NCBI GenBank assembly: GCA_965216755.1
Contig: CBDCGL010000011.1
Location: 4,096,001-4,160,000, forward strand
DNA length: 64,000 nt
Direction of reading: 5' to 3'
Origin: Alphaproteobacteria bacterium
Lineage (GTDB): Bacteria; Pseudomonadota; Alphaproteobacteria; UBA7887
The position numbers and the translations under genes are program-made. Shown here piece after piece: positions 41,111-50,241 of this stretch. The notes under the pieces are model-generated. The model was not told the DNA's origin, made no database searches, and worked only from the letters and a program-made list of their open reading frames with translations. Each line of letters begins with the position of its first letter. The stretch's first letter is position 1.

Positions 41111-41758
41111 TCACTCGCTCGCATCCGTCGCACGGTCAAGGGTATTGCAGTTGCCAATGCTTGGGAACCGGTTTGACAGCGCAGCGAAGTCGGCCGGCGT
41201 ATCGATATCGAAGCCGATACCGGCAAGATCCAGCATCGCCGCCCTAAGCCCGCAGCGCAGCGCCTCTTCGCGATTTGCTTCAGCGCTACACTCGCCGAAG
41301 GCGAAGCGGAAGCCGCGTGGGCGCGTGAGATACAGGGCGTTGGTACCTCTGCCATGGCGGTCGCGGCAGATCACGGCTTCAGCATCGCCGCGCGCGCACT
41401 CGCGAACCTGGCGAAGCTCCTCGGCGGTGACCAATGGCAAGTCGGCGGAGACGACCAGGAGCGGTCCGCCGCCCCGCCCCAGAGCATGGTCGCGCGCGGC
41501 CGCAAGCGCTTGGTTGAGCCCGCCGCCCTGCGGTTCGCACATCGCCGTCGCGCCGAGCGCACGGGCAAAGCTCTGAGTTTGCTCGCAGCCGCTGACGACC
41601 AGCAGCCGTCCGCCTTCGGCAATGTCGCGCGCTGCCTCGAGGACATGGACAAGAAGCGCCTCGTTGAGCTGCCGGCGCCGCGTCGGCGACAGTACCCCGG
41701 CAAGCCGCGACTTGCCCTCGACGAGCGATTTGACCGGAATGATCAGCCAGTCCGACAT
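41111..41758 (-). CDS. cofC: Phospholactate/PEP guanylyltransferase CofC (FbiD)
   Basis: IPVKSLVEGKSRL, GGLNQAL, SADLP, DRHGRGTNAL, FDIDTPAD. Confidence 0.92.
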   Translation of the reverse strand: MSDWLIIPVKSLVEGKSRLAGVLSPTRRRQLNEALLVHVLEAARDIAEGGRLLVVSGCEQTQSFARALGATAMCEPQGGGLNQALAAARDHALGRGGGPLLVVSADLPLVTAEELRQVRECARGDAEAVICRDRHGRGTNALYLTRPRGFRFAFGECSAEANREEALRCGLRAAMLDLAGIGFDIDTPADFAALSNRFPSIGNCNTLDRATDASE

Positions 41759-42720
41759 GTCGCGCTCCGGGCAAGGTCGGTGGCGAACGACAGCACTTCG
41801 CCCGCCAGCCTGGCGCTGTCTTGGGCATCGCGCATCATCACGTCGGTAACAAGCACTACGGTGCCGGCGGCTTCAATCGTTTGCGCCGCCTCGGTGTCGG
41901 TGTTGTCGATCACCAGGCCGTCGAGCGCGAGGTCGCGGTAGAAGCCGGCGACGCCTGCCGCCGAGGGCTCGTGGCCGAGGCTGCGCATCACCGCCGCCGC
42001 CGGTCCCTTGACGGCCTTGCCGCCGATGATCGGCGATACTGCGACCAAGGGCGCGCGGCGCTCTGCGATGCTGGCACGAACGCCCGGTATATCGAGGATC
42101 GGCTGGATGCTGAGGATCGGGTTCGACGGGCAAAGGATGATCGCGGCCAGCGTGTCGTCGGCCAGTGCCGCGGCGAACGCGGCGCTCGGCCTCGCGCCAT
42201 CGAGACCGGCGAAGTCTATGCCGCTGACCACGGGTGCCGCGCGGCGGCGGACGAAATAGTCCTGAAATTCCAGACGGCCTTGGTCGGTGTCGAGCATCGT
42301 ACGCACCGGGTCGTCGCTCATCGGCACGATCGCATGGCGGACCCCGAAACGCGCCGTCAGCGCCTCGGTCACCGCGCTCAAGCTCATCCCTTGCGCCAAC
42401 AGGCGCGTGCGTTCGACATGGGTCGCGAGATCCTGATCGCCGAGCCGAAACCAGGTCTCACTGCCCAGCGCCTCAAGCGCCTCCATGAAGCGCCAGGTCT
42501 CGCCGGCAAGCCCCCAGCCGGTCTGCGGATTGTCGCGCCCGGCGAGGGTGTACATGACAGTATCGAGGTCGGGTGAAACATGGAGGCCGAAATGCGCGAA
42601 ATCGTCTCCGGTGTTGACCGCCACGGTCAGTGTCTCGGGCGCCAGCTTGAAGGCCAGGCCGCGCGCGAGTTTGGCGCCGCCGACACCGCCGGCAAGGGCG
42701 AGAACCATCCCCGCGCTCAT
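41743..42720 (-). CDS. cofD: Phospholactate transferase CofD (FbiA)
   Basis: LAGGVGGAKL, NTGDD, SPDLDTVMYTL, WFRLGDQDLATH, PSNPILSI, AVKGPA. Confidence 0.95.
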   Translation of the reverse strand: MSAGMVLALAGGVGGAKLARGLAFKLAPETLTVAVNTGDDFAHFGLHVSPDLDTVMYTLAGRDNPQTGWGLAGETWRFMEALEALGSETWFRLGDQDLATHVERTRLLAQGMSLSAVTEALTARFGVRHAIVPMSDDPVRTMLDTDQGRLEFQDYFVRRRAAPVVSGIDFAGLDGARPSAAFAAALADDTLAAIILCPSNPILSIQPILDIPGVRASIAERRAPLVAVSPIIGGKAVKGPAAAVMRSLGHEPSAAGVAGFYRDLALDGLVIDNTDTEAAQTIEAAGTVVLVTDVMMRDAQDSARLAGEVLSFATDLARSATCRTG

Positions 42721-43502
42721 CGGAATAGGTCGATCTCGGCCGGGCGCAGCAGATCGCTGGCGCTGCCGTCGGCGCGCCCGTAGGGAACGCCGCGGGCGAG
42801 CACGACCGGCCGGCCCTCGTCGCCTTGCCCCATCATCAGCGATGCCGCGGCGGCAAGTTCGTCGGCCACGGCCACCTCGCTGACCCGCAGTGGGCGCCCC
42901 TGCCGGTCGGGCCGGCCGCGCAGGTCGACCAATGCCGGCAGGCCGCTGACGCCGAGCGCGATGCCGCTGGTGCCGAGTCGCCAGGCACGGCCGACGCTGT
43001 CGTTGATGATTACGCCGACATCGACGCCGGCGCGCGTTGCCAGCGCGTGGCGCAACGCGGCGCAGGATCGGTCCGGATCTAAGGGCAGCAACAAGACGCG
43101 CTCGCGCTCGCCGTCGGGCGGCACGTTCGAGAGGTCGATGCCGGCGTTGGCGAGCACGAAGCCGAGCCGATGCTCAACGATCAGCACGCCCGGACGGTAA
43201 CGCAGTACCCGGATTGACTCCGAAAGAATGAGCTCGACCTGGCGCGCATCCTTCCCGACCTTGGCGGCGAGCGCCCGCGCCTCGGCAGAGGGCATGATCT
43301 CGTCGAGAAATACCATGCGCGCTTCCGACTTGGAGACGATTTTCTGGGCCACCACCAGCACATCCTGGTCGCGTAACGCACAGCCGCTTGCCTGCGCCGC
43401 GTTCAGCACGACCGCGGCAAGATCGTCGCCCGCTCGCACCTCAGGCACGCCATCCAGCGGCTGCAACGTTAGCGACGACGGCGGCGACACCAGCGTCCTC
43501 AC
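42717..43502 (-). CDS. cofE: F420-0:gamma-glutamyl ligase CofE (single domain)
   Basis: VVAQKIVSKSE, ANAGIDLSN, DSVGRAWRLG, ADELAAAA; 261 aa, no nitroreductase C-domain. Confidence 0.93.
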   Translation of the reverse strand: MRTLVSPPSSLTLQPLDGVPEVRAGDDLAAVVLNAAQASGCALRDQDVLVVAQKIVSKSEARMVFLDEIMPSAEARALAAKVGKDARQVELILSESIRVLRYRPGVLIVEHRLGFVLANAGIDLSNVPPDGERERVLLLPLDPDRSCAALRHALATRAGVDVGVIINDSVGRAWRLGTSGIALGVSGLPALVDLRGRPDRQGRPLRVSEVAVADELAAAASLMMGQGDEGRPVVLARGVPYGRADGSASDLLRPAEIDLFR

Positions 43503-44188
43503 GGCTCCGGCGGCCGCGGGACGCCGCTGATGCGAATGCCGGCAGCCGCGGCCTTGTAGCGCCTGTTGATCGAAATCAGCACCGAGGTCAGCGCCTCAGC
43601 GACCACCGAGTTGGCGAGCGGGCCGGCTTGCCAGGCGCGCAGGCCGATCGCGGTCGCGAGCCCGACCACGGTCTCGCGCGCATCCTGGTCGTCGCCGCAG
43701 ACCAGCACGTCGCAGTCGATCTCGCGGTCGAGCTCGGCCAAGAGGTGCGCGGCCACATTCTGGAACGCTGAGACCACGCGCACCTGCGGACCCAGCGCTT
43801 GTTGCAGTGCGACGACCGCCGAGCCACCCTTGGGGAGCTGCACGCGCGCGACCTTGGGCGGCACCAGCGGCACTGTCGCATCGATCAGTATCTTGCCATC
43901 GAGAGCCGGCGCCACGTGGCGGGCAGTTTGAGCTTGAGCCGCGTAGGGCACGGTCAGCAGCACGATGTCCGCGCGCTCGGCGACCTCGCTGTTGCTGCCG
44001 TGACCGATGCGGTTGCCGCCAAGCTTTGTGTTGAGCGCTGCCGCCGCGGCGCTTGCCCGCGCCGCCGAGCGCGAGCCGATGCTGACCGGGTATCCGGCAT
44101 GGGCCAGCCTGAGCGCCAGCCCGCCGCCCTCGGCACCAGTCCCGCCCAGCACGCCGACGCCCGAAAGTGGCTGCGCGATATCGCTCAT
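43499..44188 (-). CDS. npdG: NADPH-dependent F420 reductase (Fno/NpdG)
   Basis: GGTGAEGGGLALR, IGSR, DATVPL, VVSAFQNVAA, LISINRRYK...AGIRI. Confidence 0.93.
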   Translation of the reverse strand: MSDIAQPLSGVGVLGGTGAEGGGLALRLAHAGYPVSIGSRSAARASAAAAALNTKLGGNRIGHGSNSEVAERADIVLLTVPYAAQAQTARHVAPALDGKILIDATVPLVPPKVARVQLPKGGSAVVALQQALGPQVRVVSAFQNVAAHLLAELDREIDCDVLVCGDDQDARETVVGLATAIGLRAWQAGPLANSVVAEALTSVLISINRRYKAAAAGIRISGVPRPPEP

Positions 44189-46581
44189 TGTGCTGGCTGC
44201 CCGACCAAGACGGTCGACGGTTCGCGACGATCGGCCGCGATCGGCTGGTAGAGCGTGGTGCGCCGGGCGGGCACGCGGCCACACGACTCGATCAGTGCGT
44301 CCAGGCGGGCCGGTGTCATTTCCTGGCCATGCACCGAGCCTGCCGCACGCGAGATGCTCTCGTCCATCAGCGTACCACCGAGATCGTTGGCACCGGCGCG
44401 GAGGCAGGCGCGCGCGCCGTCCTCGCCGAGCTTGACCCAAGAGGCCTGGATGTTCGCGATGTGCGGATGCAACACCAGTCGCGACACCGCATGCATCAGC
44501 GCGACTTCGCGGAAGGTTGGGCCCTTACGCGCCCGACCGGCGCGATAGATCGGCGCCTCCATGTGGATGAAAGGCAGCGGCACGAATTCGGTAAAGCCCC
44601 CGGTGCGCGCTTGCAGGGTACGGATATGAACGAGATGGCGCGCCCATGCGCGCATCGGTTCCATGTGGCCGAACATGATGGTCGCGGTTGAGCGCAGCCC
44701 AAGCTCGTGCGCCGCCTCCATCACCTCGAGCCATTGGCCGGTGCGGATCTTGTCGGGGCAGAGTTCGGCGCGAACCTCGTCGTCGAGGCTCTCCGCCGCT
44801 GTGCCCGGCAGTGACCCTAGTCCTGCATCTTTCAGCCTGGCAAGGAAATCTGGCACGGTTTCGCACAGGCTGTCGGCGCCTTGCCACACTTCGAGCGGCG
44901 AAAAGGCGTGAATGTGCAGCTCCGGCAACGCGGCCTTGATCGCGCGACAGAGGGCGAGGTAGGTCTCGCCCGTATAGTCCGGATGGATGCCGCCCTGCAT
45001 GCAAACTTCCGTTGCGCCCCGCTGCCATGCCTCATTCGCGCGACGCACCACCTCCTCGACGGTCAAATTGTAAGGCGGGCCGCGCAAGCTGGTGGCGCCG
45101 GCACTCTTGGCAAAGGCGCAGAAGCGGCACTTGAACGCACAAATATTGGTGTAGTTGATGTTGCGGTTGACGACGTAGCTCACGGCGTCGCCGACAACCG
45201 CCTTGCGAAGCGTATCGGCGGCCGCGCAGACGGCGTCATAGTCCGGGCCGCGAACCCTGAACAGACGAACGATTTCGTCCTCGCTCAAGGGCTCTCCGGC
45301 GCTGGCCTTGTCGATCAGCCGGCCTATGTCGGAATCGAGGCGGCCAGGCGCCGGCGCGCGCGGCATGTCCGCGAGCGGCGGTGGCGCGGAGCCGCCGGGC
45401 GACCACGGGTGCGCGCGCGCGAAGCCGCTGGTCTCGGTGACGCGTAGCAGTTGTGCGGCGAGCGCCGGATCAACCCATCGCTTTGCCGTGGCGACGTAGG
45501 CCGGATAGATCGCCAGCCGCTCGATCAAGCGATGCCCAGCGGCCTCGGTTCGCGCCCCCAGCGCGTCGAGATGGGGCCACGGCGCCTCGGGATTGACGTG
45601 GTCTGGGGTGACAGGGGAAATCCCACCCCAGTCATTGAGTCCGGCCGCGAGCAGGCGCGGATAGTCGTCGGCGCTCAAATTGGGCGGCGCCTGAATGTTC
45701 GCGTCGGCGCCGAAGACGAGACGCGCCGCGGCGATGCTCCAGGCAAGCTCGTCATGGTCGGGCTCGGGGGCCTCCGCCATGGGCGAGTCTGGCTTGGCCC
45801 GGAAATTCTGCACGATGATTTCCTGGATGTGACCATATTGACGATGCAGCTCGCGCAGCGCCAATAGGGCGTCGACGCGCTCGGAGCGGGTCTCGCCAAT
45901 GCCGATCAGCAGCCCGGAGGTCAGTGGCACGCGTGCCTCGCCGGCCCGGCGTATGGTTTCGAGACGCGCTGCGGGATGTTTGTCGGGCGAGCCGAAATGC
46001 GGCCCGCCACGCCGGCACAGCCGTTCGCTGGCGCTTTCGAGCATGATGCCTTGCGAGACCGCGACTTCGCGCAAGGCGCCGAGCTGGTCGCTGTCGAGCA
46101 CCCCCGGATTGACGTGCGGCAGCAGCGAGGTCTCGCGCAGCACCAGGGCGCACATTTCGACGAGATAGTCGACCGTCGTGTGGTGGCCGAGCTCTGCCAG
46201 TGCCTGGCGCGCCGCGGCATAGCGCAGCTCCGGCTTGTCACCGAGTGTAAACAGAACTTCCTTGCAGCCCCGCAGCTCGCCGGCGCGGGCGATCGCCAGG
46301 ACCTCGTCAGGCGACAGATAGGCGCTCTCGCCCCGGCGCGACGGCCGCGCGAAGGTGCAGTAGTGGCAGACATTCCGGCATAGGTGAGTGAGCGGCACGA
46401 ATACCTTGCGGGAATAGGACACCAGCCGACCGTGCCCTTGGTCGCGCAGCGCTGCCGCGGCGTCGAGCAACGCGCCCCACTCGGCGTTTGCGAACAGCTC
46501 TTTCACCGCCGGCCCGACAAGCCCCGTGACCGCTCCCGGATCGTCGCGCAACAGCGCAAGCGTCTGTTTCCCGTTCATCAT
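44185..46581 (-). CDS. fbiC: Bifunctional FO synthase (CofG-CofH fusion)
   Basis: Two radical-SAM motifs (CRNVCHYC, CAFKCRFC), DWGGISPVTPDHVNPE, GANDLGGTLMDESISR. Start uncertain (46581 chosen). Confidence 0.95.
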   Translation of the reverse strand: MMNGKQTLALLRDDPGAVTGLVGPAVKELFANAEWGALLDAAAALRDQGHGRLVSYSRKVFVPLTHLCRNVCHYCTFARPSRRGESAYLSPDEVLAIARAGELRGCKEVLFTLGDKPELRYAAARQALAELGHHTTVDYLVEMCALVLRETSLLPHVNPGVLDSDQLGALREVAVSQGIMLESASERLCRRGGPHFGSPDKHPAARLETIRRAGEARVPLTSGLLIGIGETRSERVDALLALRELHRQYGHIQEIIVQNFRAKPDSPMAEAPEPDHDELAWSIAAARLVFGADANIQAPPNLSADDYPRLLAAGLNDWGGISPVTPDHVNPEAPWPHLDALGARTEAAGHRLIERLAIYPAYVATAKRWVDPALAAQLLRVTETSGFARAHPWSPGGSAPPPLADMPRAPAPGRLDSDIGRLIDKASAGEPLSEDEIVRLFRVRGPDYDAVCAAADTLRKAVVGDAVSYVVNRNINYTNICAFKCRFCAFAKSAGATSLRGPPYNLTVEEVVRRANEAWQRGATEVCMQGGIHPDYTGETYLALCRAIKAALPELHIHAFSPLEVWQGADSLCETVPDFLARLKDAGLGSLPGTAAESLDDEVRAELCPDKIRTGQWLEVMEAAHELGLRSTATIMFGHMEPMRAWARHLVHIRTLQARTGGFTEFVPLPFIHMEAPIYRAGRARKGPTFREVALMHAVSRLVLHPHIANIQASWVKLGEDGARACLRAGANDLGGTLMDESISRAAGSVHGQEMTPARLDALIESCGRVPARRTTLYQPIAADRREPSTVLVGQPAQ

Positions 46582-47351
46582 CCCCGCCAACACAGCCCGG
46601 TCGCCGACAATCAGCATATCCCAAGGCAGCCCGGTCGGAAACGCCCGACTCGCGACCACCGCCCGGCCCGGTCCTGACAGCCGCATGAACAATCCACGGT
46701 CACATCGCGCAACAACGAGATGTACTGCTGGCGTCGCTAAGACCATCAGGGAATAGCGCCATTGACACCACATTGGCACATCTCGTGGCGTCGCGGCCGC
46801 AGCGGTTTCCGATCCGCTATCGACGACGCAGCGGTGGGTTCGGCCTAGGAAGTCCGATTGACTCCTGACTCCCGACGAAATCCATGGATCGGTATGAGCC
46901 GAAGGTTTGGCCATGAGCGGCCATGCTAGGCCAAGTCAATCGCGAGGCCTGAAAGGTTCAATCCCGCCATGTAAGCTGTCCACGGGAGTACAGCGATGTC
47001 GGACTGGAGTTGGAATTTCCCCGTATTCGTGGACAGGTGCGGGCTTGCAGACACTAGCCGTTTGGTGACGCTCTTTTCGTAATTGATGGGCGACTTGTAT
47101 CCAAGGGCTACGTGGCGTCGACCGGCAGGTTCGGCACGCCGCAGTCAGCCTAAGCACGACCGCCGGCACGAAGGTGTTTTTCAGCCGCAACAGCTTTCTA
47201 CGCCGCGCCAGAGCAAGCCTGGAAACGTGCGCCGGGCAACAGGTGCAGCGAACACAAGCATCTTGTTCGATCGATCTATTTGATTGCTTAATCAGGTCAG
47301 CTGTATTAACGGCTGCGTTGCGTCTTAAGACATGTAGAAGGAAAACGTTCC

Positions 47352-48863
47352 ATGCGCGCCATGGCTGTTTCTCTGGTCCTAGTTGCCGCCATTGGGGTTG
47401 GTCCGGCGTTTGCCGAACCGCCCACTAAAGCGCTGATCCCTTTGCTGGATCTGGAAGCCGAGGACGCCTGGGAGACCGGCGAGGTTAACTTTGTCGCCGA
47501 GTACAATATGTGGGCGTGGACCAATTTCGGGACCCCCGTTGACCAAGGTAAGGTGGTACCGGCGGCGTTTGCCGCCGAAACAGCCACGGTGTTCTCCAAC
47601 ACCGACCAGGCCTTCTCCGCGCCGCTGTTTACCCTCGATCCGGTGGCGTTGCGCGCGTTCGCGTTCGGTCGTCACCTGTTCCGCCGGCAGTGGGTCGCGG
47701 CCCCCGCCGAGGCGGCAACCTTCGACGGCCTTGGCCCGACTTTCAACCGCGTCTCTTGCGACGGCTGTCACTTCAATGATGGTCGCGGTCGCCCGCCTGG
47801 CAAGCCGGATGAGCCTATGCGTTCGATGCTCGTTCGACTTAGCGTTCCTGGCGTGGCTGACAACGGCGGGCCCGTGCCGCACCCGGTGTATGGCCTGCAA
47901 TTGCAGGACAAGAGCATCGACGGCGTTCCTGCCGAGGGACATGTCTCGGTGCGCCAACGCGTCATCGAGGGCAACTTCGCCGATGGCATGCCCTATACGC
48001 TGAGTGAGCCGGTCTACACATTTTCCGACATGGCCCATGGTGCGCTGGGGGCGGAGGCGCTGTTCTCCCCGCGGGTGGCGCCAGTAACCTACGGACTCGG
48101 CTTGCTCGAGGCGGTACCGGACTCGGTCGTTGTCGCGGCGGCCGATCCCGATGACGCCGATGGCGACGGCATCTCGGGCAGGGCAAATTACGTTTGGAAC
48201 CCGGCGACTGGTAAGACCGAGCTGGGCCGCTTCGGTTGGAAGGCCAATACCGCCAGCCTCTATGTCCAGGTTGCTGCCGCGGCCCATGGCGACATGGGCA
48301 TCACCACAAGTCTGTTTCCGGACAACAACTGCCCCGCCGCGCAAGGCGATTGCGAGGCGGCGCCAGACGGCGGCTTGCCCGAGATGGATGATGCGAGCCT
48401 GGATATGCTGACCATTTATGTGCGTGCGCTTTCGGTGCCGGCGCGCCGTGACCCGCACAACCCAGCGGTCGAGAGGGGTGAGGACTTGTTCGAGGCCGCA
48501 GGCTGCGCCGCCTGTCACACGCCGAGCCTGTCCACCGCTCAGGACGCTGCCTTGCCGCAGCTCGCCGGGCTGGAGATTCGCCCCTACACGGACATGCTGC
48601 TGCACGACATGGGCGAGGGGCTCGCCGACGGTCGCTCCGACTTCGCGGCCTCGGGCCGGGAGTGGCGAACGCCGCCCCTTTGGGGCATCGGCCTGGTTCA
48701 GCGGGTGAATCTACATCGCCAGTTCCTGCATGACGGCCGCGCACGCGGCTTCATGGAGGCGATCCTTTGGCATGGCGGCGAAGCCGAGGCGGCGCGCCAA
48801 GCGGTGGTTGCCATGGCCAAGGAGGATCGTGACGCCTTGCTCGCCTTTCTGCGCTCGCTTTGA
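47352..48863 (+). CDS. Di-heme oxidoreductase (DHOR) family protein
   Basis: Signal peptide, DGLGPTFN, CDGCH and CAACH, GRFGWKA, LLHDMG, WRTPPLWG, LHDGRAR...EAILWHGGE. Confidence 0.9.
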   Translation: MRAMAVSLVLVAAIGVGPAFAEPPTKALIPLLDLEAEDAWETGEVNFVAEYNMWAWTNFGTPVDQGKVVPAAFAAETATVFSNTDQAFSAPLFTLDPVALRAFAFGRHLFRRQWVAAPAEAATFDGLGPTFNRVSCDGCHFNDGRGRPPGKPDEPMRSMLVRLSVPGVADNGGPVPHPVYGLQLQDKSIDGVPAEGHVSVRQRVIEGNFADGMPYTLSEPVYTFSDMAHGALGAEALFSPRVAPVTYGLGLLEAVPDSVVVAAADPDDADGDGISGRANYVWNPATGKTELGRFGWKANTASLYVQVAAAAHGDMGITTSLFPDNNCPAAQGDCEAAPDGGLPEMDDASLDMLTIYVRALSVPARRDPHNPAVERGEDLFEAAGCAACHTPSLSTAQDAALPQLAGLEIRPYTDMLLHDMGEGLADGRSDFAASGREWRTPPLWGIGLVQRVNLHRQFLHDGRARGFMEAILWHGGEAEAARQAVVAMAKEDRDALLAFLRSL

Positions 48864-48988
48864 GGCTGGAACTGCCAGTTCCGTGGCGTAGCCACCACGT
48901 CACCTCCATTTGGTCGGACTGACCTGGGTTAAAGCTCGTTTGGTGCCAATGTCCAGGATTCAGCTCGGCTTGGCCGGAGGATGTGGCG

Positions 48989-49687
48989 ATGAAGTACCAA
49001 GAACCGGGATGCGCGTATTGCCCACCCAACGTTCGTGCTTGCCGCGTGGGTGAATCGGATGCCCGGGGGCCCGGCTTCTGCCCAAGCAAAGTCGACGCGG
49101 ACACGCAAGACGATGCTTGGGCGGCCTACCGAGACCCCGAGGTGATGCGGGTCGCACAGGTCTCGGCCGAGGTTGAGGCGGAGGGATACTGCAAATGGAC
49201 ACGGGTCGAGGAGATCTGCCATTTCGCGCACAAGATGGGCTTCACGCGCATCGGTATTGCCACTTGCATCAGCTTTGTTGATCACGCCAAGACTTTAAGC
49301 AGCATCCTGGAAAGTCACGGGTTTGAGGTGGCTTCTGTCGCCTGCAAGAACGGCGGTGTTGACAAGCAGGCGCTCGGCCTGCGGGAGGAGCAGAAAATCC
49401 GCCCCGGCGGCCATGAATCGATGTGTAACCCGATTGGCCAGGCGGCGTTCCTCAATCAGGCCGGCTGTCAGTTCAACATCATCCTGGGGCTGTGTGTCGG
49501 CCATGACAGCTTGTTCTTCAAGCATGCCGACGGCCTGACCACCGTGCTCGTCGCAAAGGACCGCGTGCTGGCGCATAACCCCGTCGGCGCGCTCAATCTG
49601 GCCGACACCTACTACAGCAAGGTCTGGGGCGCCGAGCGTCCGGAGAAACCGCCGAAACTGCCCGCCAGCGGCCGGCGCAAGGCCTGA
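48989..49687 (+). CDS. DUF1847 family Cys-rich putative metal-binding protein
   Basis: CAYC..., TRVEE, IGIATC, CNPIGQA, GLCVGHDSLF, KDRVLAHNP. Confidence 0.85.
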   Translation: MKYQEPGCAYCPPNVRACRVGESDARGPGFCPSKVDADTQDDAWAAYRDPEVMRVAQVSAEVEAEGYCKWTRVEEICHFAHKMGFTRIGIATCISFVDHAKTLSSILESHGFEVASVACKNGGVDKQALGLREEQKIRPGGHESMCNPIGQAAFLNQAGCQFNIILGLCVGHDSLFFKHADGLTTVLVAKDRVLAHNPVGALNLADTYYSKVWGAERPEKPPKLPASGRRKA

Positions 49688-49771
49688 TCGACGCGGGGCG
49701 CAGCGCATCGTTTTGACCCCTAAAGGATGACACTTCCGTGTCAAAAGGTGGGTACACCTGGATGCGGAGCG

Positions 49772-49960
49772 ATGACGGTATACAACATCAAGAAGGACCG
49801 AAATAGCTGGCGCCTGGAGGAATGCCGGTCCGACGGCGTGCGCGTCGACCATGGTGCGCACGATTCCTTCAACTGTGCCAAGGCCTTCCGAACCACCCTG
49901 GAACTTCGCGCGCTGCATCCCAATCGAAACATTTCACACGCCCTGACACGTGACCAGTAG
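49772..49960 (+). CDS. Small hypothetical protein (62 aa)
   Basis: GGAG just upstream; MTVYNIKKDRNSWRLEECRSDG... Confidence 0.45.
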   Translation: MTVYNIKKDRNSWRLEECRSDGVRVDHGAHDSFNCAKAFRTTLELRALHPNRNISHALTRDQ

Positions 49961-49970
49961 AACCGAAGAG

Positions 49971-50126
49971 ATGAACCAGGAAGACCTCAATCGGGCAATC
50001 CGGCGCGCTGAGCGGTTCATTCGGCAATCCACCGACAAGCAGGCCGAACCACCGGAAAAACAGGATATTCAGGCCGCCGCCGTCGATTTGTACGCGGCCT
50101 TGTCGAAGCTTCTGCTGCGCCCGTAG
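49971..50126 (+). CDS. Small hypothetical protein (51 aa)
   Basis: Not in the track; MNQEDLNRAIRRAERFIRQSTDKQAEPPEKQDIQAAAVDLYAALSKLLLRP*, 10 bp after the previous stop. Confidence 0.45.
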   Translation: MNQEDLNRAIRRAERFIRQSTDKQAEPPEKQDIQAAAVDLYAALSKLLLRP

Positions 50127-50136
50127 GTTTCGGTGG

Positions 50137-50226
50137 TTTCGGTGACAGTTTACTAAATACACTATATGTTGTGAATGATGTCTATCAGGTGCAATATTTT
50201 GTGTATTTAGTAAACTGTCACCGAAA
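50137..50226. repeat. Perfect 26-bp inverted repeat with 38-bp AT-rich spacer
   Basis: TTTCGGTGACAGTTTACTAAATACAC (50137-50162) is the reverse complement of 50201-50226. Confidence 0.9.
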
Positions 50227-50241
50227 TAAAGTCAAAGACGA

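Noticed and set aside
46950-47036. GGTTCAATCCC tRNA T-loop-like word, and CTGTCCACG/CGTGGACAG inverted pair resembling IS3-family ends
   Set aside because: No cloverleaf, not the tRNA-Lys 3' end, only 9 bp of symmetry and no transposase remnant recognised.
47280-47295. TTGAT...ATCAG as an FNR box upstream of DHOR
   Set aside because: Spacer is 6 nt rather than 4 and the second half-site is imperfect.
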